Shown one piece after another: positions 12,201 through 21,150 of a stretch of 64,000 bases of DNA. The notes under the pieces were generated by a model, which saw only the letters and a program-made list of their open reading frames with translations, was not told the DNA's origin and made no database searches. Origin of the DNA: Macrostomum lignano (taxonomy: Eukaryota); assembly GCA_002269645.1 (NCBI GenBank), contig NIVC01001651.1:186001-250000 (forward strand). Reading direction: 5' to 3'. The position numbers were made by a program, and so were the translations under genes. The stretch's first letter is position 1. Each line of letters begins with the position of its first letter.

Positions 12201-14335
12201 GTGGACCGAATCACAGCGCGATCTGCCGGCCTTATTCTTGCGCTTGTGATTTTCTAGGCACTGAGCATTATAGCAATTTAGCCCGCAATCATGGCATCTT
12301 ACATATGCGCGGTTTGCCTTACAGTTGGAGCCCGGAGTCTTGCATGTACTGCAGGCATCAGCGCACTTGTGCTTGGCGGGTTCGCTATCATAGGCCATCT
12401 CGCACTTGGGGCAGTAGTGGTGGCTGCCGAAAAACGCAGGCAGCTTGGTAACCACATTAAAGTGCTGCTCGACCAGGTGTAGGTGCAGAATCTCGGTGCC
12501 AGGCAGGTTGAAGATGCACCTGTTGGCCTCCTCTGCGCGGTACACGCGTATACCAAAATCGTGCCCTGGATGCAGCCGGTTCAGGGCTCGGATCGCTTCG
12601 GGCAGTGCATCCACCCCGAAAGGACCGGCCTGCGAGACGGTTTGAAGAGTCTGTGTGGGGGGTAAAATATTTCTTTTAGTATTCCCTGATACTATGTAAA
12701 ATTCTTTTAGTATTCCATGATACTGCGTAAAAATTCTTATCAGAAAATATATCTTTTAGTATTCCACGATACTGTGTAAAAATTATTATCAGAAAATATT
12801 AGTATTCCATGATACTGTGTAAAAAATTATTATCAGTACACAACTTACCGTGTAGAGGCCAGCTTCGATTTGTAGCTCAGTCGCAAGCTTAGTCTGCTTG
12901 GACGAATTGGCCTTGATCGTGCGCCACACCTGCTCGCTGATGGACTTGGCCACGAATTGCAGGTAGGCGCAGGCCACGACCAGAGCGCGCAGCAGGCATC
13001 TCTTGTCCGAGTTGGTGATGCGGACATAGTGCCTGGAGAAGGCGTGCCGCTCTTCTAGATGCTTGTTCTCGAGAGCACATCCACCTCGAGGCACCCAGGC
13101 CTTTAGCAGACGGACAGAAAAGTTGCCTGACAATACAGTGGCATCCGACTGCACAATCTTGTCAATGTGCTTAAACAACAATTCAGCCGTCATGCGGGCT
13201 GCACGCACCGGGGGAGTGTGGGCCGCTTTGAGCATGTTGTCGCTCTCGAATTTCGCGGCCATAAAGTCATCACCAGCCAAATCTTGCTTGAAAACTTCGA
13301 GCATGTCAGCAAACACCTCCCGCAAATCTTCGGTGTTGGTAATACGCACCACATACTCGACACCCTTTGCCCTAAACTTGGGCAGGTCACGCTGATTATC
13401 CAGCCGGGCCGTAAAACCTGCATGGGGGAATGGGGGAGTGTGAGTCAGCCCGGGTCTGTGTGGGAAATGGGGGGCGGGATAACTCACCCGGTCCGGTAAC
13501 AGATTCCGGCTGTGTTGGCGGGACAAACGCGTCTGAAAAAACACAAGGAGATAAAAAACCAGAAGAATCTGTCATTTTCCTGGCCCCAGCGTGTTTCCCG
13601 CCCTAGCCCCAGCAATTTCTTAACAGAGTTTACTCTGCTGTCCCCGCAGCAACTCTCTGCAATTTCTTATCTGCACCCCCGCTGCAGCCTGTCGCAGCAG
13701 TCTTTGTTTACTCACCCCTGCAACTCTCTGTCGCAGCAATTTGCACCCCAGCTGCAGCCTGTCTGGGTAGCGCCCTATCTGCAGCCCCAGTCTGTCCCAG
13801 CAACTCTCTGCCCCCACCCGGCTGTAACTTGTCTAGCCTGCCCCAACGATTCTGCAGCAATTTCTTATCTGCCGCAGCACCCTAGCAACTGTCTGTTTTT
13901 GCAGCAATTTCTTATCAGCACACCCCTCCCTGTCTAGACAACACCCCACCCCAGTCTTTGTTTACTCACCCCTGCAACTCTCTGTCGCAGCAATTTGCAC
14001 CCCAGCTGCAGCCTGTCTGGACAACACCCCCCTAGCAGCAATTTCTTATCAGCACACACCCGGCTGAAACTTGTCTAGCCCTCCCCTGCAACTCTCTGTT
14101 ACAGACCCTGCCGCAGCACCCCACCCTAGCAACTCCAGTCTAGACCCCTGCAGCTGTCGCAGCAGTCTTTGTTGTTTACTCTGCGGTCCCACAGACCCTG
14201 CAGCTGCTGCTGCTGCTCAGCCCCTACCCCCACCCTAGCAACTACAGTCTAGACAGAAATTAATTAAAACTTACCATAAAGACGTTGCCTCTTGTCAGCC
14301 AGGAAAGCAGTTGCGGTGGCGCTGCGTTTAGCCAT
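9292..14335 (-). CDS. polB: Protein-primed family B DNA polymerase (pPolB), 7 predicted exons: 14335-14275, 13532-13488, 13417-12849, 12629-10733, 10663-10116, 10047-9754, 9683-9292; ~1,269 aa after correcting four 1-nt deletions
   Basis: Exonuclease motifs YYDFET, AHNGSAYD and YCLQD; GGRTE; pol motifs DV|VSLYP, KIFLNS|LWGKF and YADTDS|VVY; GGPKLY, KCKGI and a terminal KR..PYGF. GT-AG junctions have consistent phases. There is a Cys/His-rich N-terminal region and a VSR-like insert (VDGFD...FHGCFFHGCPKC). Confidence 0.93.
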
Positions 14336-14523
14336 TTTGCAAACAGAGAGCGTGAGAGAGCGAGCGGAGAGAAGGATTATCTCTCTACCCTGGCTCTGGG
14401 GGTCTGTATATATACTAAAAAATCTGCTCAGCTCGCCTGTTATTGGATAAATCGCCAAAAACCAACCAAAATCATCAAAAATCACCCCCAAAATCATCAC
14501 CCACCCCACCCTCCATCCGGGGG

Positions 14524-14530
14524 TATATAA
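14524..14530 (+). promoter_or_regulatory. TATA box in the divergent promoter between pPolB and the PC4-like gene
   Basis: TATATAA ~50 nt upstream of ATG 14577. A TATATATA run at ~14407-14414 could serve the pPolB gene (ATG 14335) on the opposite strand. Confidence 0.5.
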
Positions 14531-14576
14531 GGCGCTGCACGGCTGTCAGAGAGCTCTCTGCTGCTGCTGCTAAATC

Positions 14577-15110
14577 ATGTCTTCTATCTCTCTATACGAA
14601 AACTTTGTGGCGCGGAAGCCCACATTTGAAACTGAACACAACTTGATTGAAATTCGGCGTCTCTACACCAACGAGGCTGGAGTGTGGAAGGACGGCTTCC
14701 CTGCAATCTACTTGGCCGAGCCAGAGTGGAAGAAGCTCGAAGCTGCGCGCCCTGACCTGGAGGCTGCTGCCCGCCTTCACGTGAACAAGCGGGTCCTGTT
14801 GGGCAATTTCAAGGCAGTTGAAGCTTCGCGAGGGAGGATCCGTTTGCTGCGCAATTGGCTCAATCAGGACCCAAAGTTTAATTGGCGCTACACGATCGAA
14901 TTCACGCCTGAACTGTGGCGCCGGATGTTTGCCGCCCGTTTGGACAAGCTCTTCAAGCCGGCACCTGAGGCACCCCCTCCAGCCAAGCGAGTCAAGACAG
15001 ACACGCCTCCGGTAGCCGGGACTGAGGTGGATGTTCTTCAGCTCATGGGTCTCAAACCCTACCAATCTCCACCCTGGGAAAATCTGTTTAACGAGGGTTG
15101 GGACTGCTAG
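14577..15110 (+). CDS. Tandem PC4-like (Sub1/PC4 fold) ssDNA-binding protein, 177 aa
   Basis: FV..FE..IEIRRLYTNEAGVWKDGFPAIYLAEPEWKKL matches the PC4 pattern dIR.yy...G..kP..kGI.L..eqW..L. A second weaker repeat reads LGNFKAV...IRLLRNW...IEFTPELWRRM. Confidence 0.65.
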   Translation: MSSISLYENFVARKPTFETEHNLIEIRRLYTNEAGVWKDGFPAIYLAEPEWKKLEAARPDLEAAARLHVNKRVLLGNFKAVEASRGRIRLLRNWLNQDPKFNWRYTIEFTPELWRRMFAARLDKLFKPAPEAPPPAKRVKTDTPPVAGTEVDVLQLMGLKPYQSPPWENLFNEGWDC

Positions 15111-15226
15111 TTTCCTATTGGTTCGCACCGCCTCACTCGATCCGTCTATATAATTAGTGTTTCCCCCCTCTCCAGAGAGTCAAACCCTATCTCAGCTCTA
15201 ATACTTTACTCTCTGTTGATTCTAGC

Positions 15227-16240
15227 ATGTCCCGCCGAGCTCTATCCAACCTCTGGGATAATAATCGCCCGACTGAAGAGTTAACCAGCCTCGACGGGGA
15301 TATCCCTGAACACATAGTTCCCCTAGGCACTGAAAACAACGGAAGTGATAATTGGGAGGCTGATCAATATCTAGCTTGGGCTATGTCCTATGATAGCGAC
15401 ACCGAGTCTGAAGTTTTTGACCTCCCGCTGCTGGCTATCGGCGGGGTTGTGAACGGTGCCCCTGCTGCTACTGCCTCCGATTTGACTACCGCCTCAGCCG
15501 CCCTCTTTGACGTCTCTGTTGAGGAGCTGACCACAACCGGCCCTGCCTCTGCTGCGCCCGTCTCTGCTGCTGCCGCCTCTACTACGCCCGTCTCTGCTGC
15601 TGCTTCAACTACCTCCCACCGGGCCTCAATATCATCAGCCGCTACGCTCCTTCTCTTCGACGACGAGGACGAGGATATGTCTGAGGAGATCGCCGTGGTT
15701 CGTGAGCGCTTTCCTCGCATTGTGGCCTCATTTTTCCGCGGGACATTGACTGGCTGAGGTCTCGGCATCCTGGCGGGCTGCCCTCCCAAGCTACCTTTGT
15801 CAGAGCCTTTAATCGGGTTCTTGATACTTTGGTTGCGAGGGGTGCCGGCCTACGGGAGGTGTTGGAGGCTGAGACTCTGCACCAGGACTGGTTGATGGGG
15901 CGCAATTCGTATGCCCCCGACTCTGAGGCGTACCTGGCCGGTCCGGGAGCGCGGCCAACTGCGTGGGATGAGCCCGTCGCATGGCCCTCCAACTGGGAGG
16001 AGCACCTTTCGTTGGTGCGCTATACAGCGTCTCTACGTCTGTGGCGGCTGGAGGACGATTTAGATTTGGTAAGATATTACATTATATACACAACTCATCT
16101 AATCATATACCTTGCATATATTCTATCTACATTGACTGTTATAATTTCCACATTGCCAGTCATCCGACTACTGCTTCGAGAGCGTGGAGGAAGAGGCCGC
16201 GTACGAGACAGCCCTGAGGGAGCGTATGGAGATTGACTGA
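15227..16240 (+). CDS. Acidic, Ala-rich orphan protein (~307 aa; exons 15227-16068 and 16160-16240; one 1-nt deletion near 15735)
   Basis: ORF 15227-15757 joins the frame of ORF 15829 by a -1 shift (SFF-PRDIDWLRSRHPGG). A GTAAG...CCAG intron (16069-16159) gives a phase-0 continuation SSDYCFESVEEEAAYETALRERMEID*. Confidence 0.6.
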
Positions 16241-16554
16241 TAAGGGTATTTCTCTTTGTACGCGGTTTGGGGAACCCAACACTGTACACTGGGTAGGTTA
16301 GAATGGGCGCTAGCTGGGGGGCCTCTATGTGTGTATACACGGGGGTTAAAAGACCAATTCTGATAGCTCGCTCCTAGGGAGGAAATTGGCAGAGGGGCCG
16401 GCCCAAAAAACTGAAATGGGCTGGCCCCGGGCTCGAGTCCACCCACCTAAAATATGGAGGGTCATTACAACCTAATGACTCGAAATACTTTCAACGCAAT
16501 TGTACCTATAAGAGGGTTAGGGCGGCGGCGGCGGTGGCGAAAACGGGCGGCTAA

Positions 16555-17449
16555 AACCTCCCTTTTGGGATTTCCCCGAACCGCTTTTGTTTAAAATTTT
16601 TATGCACCTGCGGGTTAGACAATATTTACTCTTTAGTCGGTGTGACATTATTTACGCGTCTGTTGCACCTGGGCGTTTGCCTATAATCTGATTATACATG
16701 CGTGCCTGTATTATACAACTACACCTTATGCATGCCTTGTAAACCTGCTTTATACATTAATCCGATATGTATCGAAAGTACACTTTGTAAACCTGCTGTG
16801 TGTATTTCCACCTATGTAGCGCCTACAGTACCTGCTTTGTCTATTTCTGCCCATGCACCTACATTGTGTGTTTTTGCTGCTCATATGCTCCAATATGTAC
16901 ATTTTAATATGCAATATGCGTCATTATTCACCTACCAATATGTTTTATCTACATTTTTATGTAAATATACTCAATTTCACCTACTATAAGTAGTTTTCAC
17001 TAGCCTAATATCGTTGACTACATATCGTACATATCGGGAGAGTGGTAGAGTGTACCTTTGGCTCGGTAGAGTGTACACTCGGGGTGCCTGCGGCTCGGTA
17101 GAGTGTACACTCGGGGTGCCTGCGGCATGGGCGTCTGCGGCATGGGCGCCTACGGCTCGGGAGGGTGCGCCTGCGGCTCGGGAGGGTGTACATATCGGGG
17201 TACATGTCGGTAGGGTGAGCATACATATCGGTAGGTGCGCCTGCGGCTGGGGAGGGTCGCCGGTGGCTCGGGAGGGTCGCCTGCGGCTGGACGGCGCTTG
17301 GCGCCACGCGCCTGCGGCGCGCGCGCGCCGAGCGCCGATATCGATACGGGTATCGATCACCTAGTGATCGGGGCGCCAGCCAATGAGAGGCGAGGAGGGT
17401 TGACACCCACCCCCCTCCAAAATCAACGGATACGGGTTCATATAGTAGT
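16555..17449 (-). repeat. Right terminal inverted repeat (895 bp)
   Basis: Ends CATATAGTAGT, followed by TSD GTGGTC. Confidence 0.95.
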
Positions 17450-18119
17450 GTGGTCTGTCTGCAGCCAGTTTGCGATGGACAAGAAGCAATTGAGTGTTCT
17501 CAATGCTTGAATTGGCAGCACCGCATGTGATAGTCGCGTCACAATCGATCAGTATTCTGCAATGAGAAATGTCGGTGAGTTTTTCTGGCTTTGCAATCAA
17601 TGCAATAGACGGGCTCCTGCAGGTAACTTAGCAGTGTCTCAAGCTGCAGATGCTGCAGTGTTACATGTACAAGCCCCGAATTCTGGACCAGCGGCTGTTC
17701 CTCTGCCTGCTGAAAATCCAGAACCAGTGCATTTGATTCCGGCACAAGCAGAAAATTTTCTTTACCAGTATCCAGATTTCAATAACCCTGATCCAGCTCT
17801 GGAAGAATCCATTCAAATTCCTCCAGCAGAGCTTGCACCGCCCCGCAGCCCAACTCCCAAGCCCTTTGAGATTCTTACAGGTGCAGGATGCAGTCACGGA
17901 AAAGACCTTCTAGTGCAGTATGCCCAACGAGACCTTGGCCATCTGATGGATGAAAAAACGCGGCCAAATGGCAACACGTACTATCGCTGCATATACTGAT
18001 ACTGATACCCAAGTACTGATACCCAAGAGACGCAAGGCTTCAATCAAAGTCTGACAATTCTGAAATCTCGTCAAAGTAAGCCGAACCTCTAAATACATGT
18101 ACAGATACAAGTCTGATAC

Positions 18120-18400
18120 AAACAGAAGAGAGAAGAGAGAAAATAGAAGAATGGAGAAGGGAGAGAGTAGAAAGGAGAAGAGATATGGGAGAGCAGGAGA
18201 GATGAGAGATGAGAGGGAGGAGAGAGTAGAGAGTGGAGGTGAAAGAGTAAAGGGGAGAAAGTTGAGAGAAGAGTTGGGAGAGTTGGGAAAAAAGAGGAGA
18301 GATGTTAAAGGAGAGTACAGATGAGAGATGAGAGAGAGGAGATAAGACAGGAAATAAATAATAGGAGAGAGGGTCGAGATGATAGAGGAGAGAGAATAGA
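18120..18400. repeat. GA-rich purine tract (CT tract on the minus strand)
   Basis: Low-complexity composition. It begins ~120 bp past the end of the PHD/FLYWCH-like ORF. Confidence 0.8.
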
Positions 18401-18866
18401 GAATTTCGCACTGACCTACGAGGTGCGAACAAACACGAGAAATCAAACTGAAATGTGCTAATTTTAACAGTCCCAGACTTCCATTGTTCCTACAAAATTT
18501 TAAACAGCGGGGCAGGACCTCCTGTGGGGCAGACCCATAGAAATTTTTCCAGTTTCCAAGATAATATTGACTTATAGGGAATAAACACACACCGTACGAG
18601 CTCAAATTTGAGCTCAAAGTTCGAGCTCAAATCCTAAATATTTAAACATCGCCACATGAGCACGGAGTCACAACATAGTTTGAATATAATGGAAAGCGCA
18701 CGTAAATAAGCGAAAAGCGGTATCCAACGGGGCAACACGAGCAAACTTTCAATACGCTAATTGGGAGGGGATTAAGCAATCACGGGCTGACTACCATTCT
18801 GCCACTCAGCGGGGGTCGAACGGGAGACTAACTCCTAATAAATAAATTTTCTCAGTCCTATAATCT

Positions 18867-19091
18867 TTAATGGCATGACACGGCCTTCACACATGGGGGC
18901 TCCAAGGCCTCCATGCTCCTTCCAGTGATTTTTTTAGAATAGTCTTTGGCTCTTAGCAAAGACAGCGCACTGCCCCCATCCACCAGAAGGTGGGTGGGCA
19001 CATTCTCGATTGGATATTCTACAACAATATCTCTCCCGCGTTGCCTTCTAGCTGGCCTCAGCTTGTACAAGTCGGGCACTTTATCAAACAT
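18867..19091 (-). pseudogene. LTR-retrotransposon aspartic protease remnant
   Basis: THLLVDGGSALSLL resembles the retropepsin lvDtG(s/a)..s.i motif. It is short and flanked by low-complexity sequence. Confidence 0.5.
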
Positions 19092-19139
19092 AGGCTTCTT
19101 TCCTAAGTTTGCTATCTATCTTTCCTATCTTTCCTTCTT

Positions 19140-19780
19140 TCCTAAGGGGAGAGAGTGGAGACCAGAGATAAATGAGAAGAGAGAGCAAAGATGAAAGAGA
19201 AGAGAGGTGAGGGAAGATCGACGAGAGAAGATGGGAGAGAGGAGATAGGAAAGAAGAAAAGAGAAGAGAGAGAAGAGAGAGAGAGAGGAAACAAAAGAGA
19301 AGATAGAAGTTTCAAAGGATCCAAAGGAGAGAGAGGAGAAGGGAGATTAATGGAGAGGAGAAAGGAGGAAAGGGAGAAGAGAATGAAGAGGAAAAGGAAG
19401 ATGAGAGCAAAGAGGTGAGGAGAAAGGAGAGGAGAGAGGAGAGGAGAGAGGAGAGGAGAGAGGAGAGAGGTGAGGAGAGGAGAGAGGAGAGGGCAGAGAT
19501 GAGAGAGAGAAAAGATGAGAGGAGAGGGCAGACATGAGAGAGAAAAGATGAGAGAAGAGGGTAGACATGAGAGAGAGAATAGATGAGAGAGAGAGGGCAA
19601 GAGATGAGAGGAGAGGGCAGAGATGAGAGAGAGAAAGATGATACAGAAGAGGGCAGAGATGAGAGAGGAGAGGGCAGAGATGAGAGAGAGAGAAAAGATT
19701 AGAGACGAGAGGGCAGAGATCACAGAGAAAAGATAAGAGACGAGAGTGCAGAGATGAGAGATAAGAGGGCACTCCAATTT
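19140..19780. repeat. GA-rich purine tract
   Basis: Degenerate GAGAG/GGGCAGAGAT repeats; carries the reverse complement of the TTGGATCCTTTGAA anchor. Confidence 0.85.
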
Positions 19781-19979
19781 TTGCTTACTTCTATCATAAC
19801 TAATACCTTTACCCTCTACCTTTAACTTTTAACATATACAAACAACACGTCAGTTTTAGTATAATGAGATAGGTTTGAAACTATTATCCATGATACAAAA
19901 ATCAAATGTCTTGTGCTAGTAGTGCTACTAGCTTTAGTAGGTAGTAATACCTGCTGTAAAGGGAAGTGTTTTTTGTTTT

Positions 19980-21003
19980 TGTAGTGAGTCGCTAGTTTAG
20001 TTAGGCGCCGCACTAGTCAGCTTTTACCCTCGCCCTCGCCCCAGGTTTCTGTCTGCCGCTGGGCAGTTGCCTGTCCCTCCCGCCTGTCTTCTGGCCTGCC
20101 CCTTGCCCGTTTGCCTGTCTGTCTGTTTGTCCTCGTTTGCCCCCTTTTGTTTCGTTTTCCCTTTTGCAGTGCCCAGACAGCTTGGTCTGGCCTGCCTCTG
20201 TTTCGTTCTCTGTCAGGCATCTCCAAATTTGGAGTGCCTTTCTGTTTTCCGGTCCCACGGTCACGAGTGCCTTCACTTGTGGGCCTTTTCTCCTTGTCAT
20301 GTGAGCCAGTCACATGACAAGGCCCTCTTCCTTCTTTAGTCCAAAGTGCAATGATTTCATCATTGTACGCTGGGCTCGTGTTTATGGGGAGATCACGTGC
20401 GCCCGGACCCCACTTGCCTCCTCTGAGGCAGGGCCCGCTTGTTTGTTGCTAAAAATAGCAACAGAGTCACTCGTGACTCTCAGCGGGGGCCTTTCGTGCA
20501 ATCGATCCTCCCTATAAATGCGGCCCCTCTCATGGCTTGGCTCAGACAAGCGTTCCTTCCGTTTCAAGCGTTTCTACCTTTTCCGCGTTCCGTTTTCGTT
20601 TCTAGCGAACACTAATTTCGTGTGCCAAGTTTGCGCTTAAGTTGAACTCCAAGACTCCCGACTTTGCGCGTGACTGCCTCTGATTGTTCCTGCTATCAAT
20701 TAGCAGGCCAGCTCGGATCGCCCGAAGCTAGCACTTTCGCTCTCACCCCGCACTAGCCCGGCAGGGACTGCTGACGGTGGGCACCTCTGCGCGAGAACTG
20801 CTAAATCTGCACGAAGTGCGAGTCTCTTTCTCTCGTCTTAGTTATTTGCTTCTACGAGCTCAGCACCTCACCGAAGGCTGCGACTCTGCGAAGCTGGTGG
20901 CAGCACTACCGACGCTAATAGATCAACCCGGAGACTTCCCAGAGGAGCTCAAGGTAGGCAGCTCTCGCGACTGATTGGGAAGCAGCAAGACACCTGTACT
21001 TCA
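19980..21003 (+). mobile_element. Probable 5' LTR of a Ty3/Gypsy-like element
   Basis: Ends in ...TTCA immediately before a primer-binding site. The TG start at 19980 is a best guess because no second LTR is visible. Confidence 0.55.
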
Positions 21004-21004
21004 T

Positions 21005-21023
21005 TGGTGGCAGCGGTGGGATT
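21005..21023 (+). promoter_or_regulatory. Primer-binding site complementary to tRNA-Leu 3' end
   Basis: TGGTGGCAGCGGTGGGATT is the reverse complement of AATCCCACCGCTGCCACCA, the 3' end of eukaryotic tRNA-Leu(AAG) with CCA. Confidence 0.8.
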
Positions 21024-21150
21024 CCAAGACCTACGGCTAGGCCACCTGAGACAAATAAGAAACCACCAACAACAGCAACTGTACTTCATTTTACTTAGTC
21101 TAATTTCACTAACGAAATCTGTTTTCTCCGAGACTTGAAGCTACGTCATA

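Larger units (their letters stand above)
8040..17449. mobile_element. Polinton/Maverick-related self-synthesizing element, minimal (9,410 bp)
   Basis: 895-bp TIRs, 6-bp TSD GTGGTC (8034-8039 and 17450-17455) and an internal pPolB gene. No integrase, capsid, ATPase or protease ORF was recognised. Confidence 0.92.
8013..17999 (+). pseudogene. PHD-finger ORF (followed by a FLYWCH-like start) interrupted by the Polinton-like element; parts 8013-8039 and 17456-17999
   Basis: Joined flanks read MAGAYPCVVCLQPVCDGQEAIECSQCLNWQH, then after a frameshift CDSRVTIDQYSAMRNVGEFFWLCNQC, a C4HC3 PHD pattern. The downstream FEILTGAGCSHGKDLLV...GNTYYRC resembles FLYWCH/MULE-associated fingers. Confidence 0.7.
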
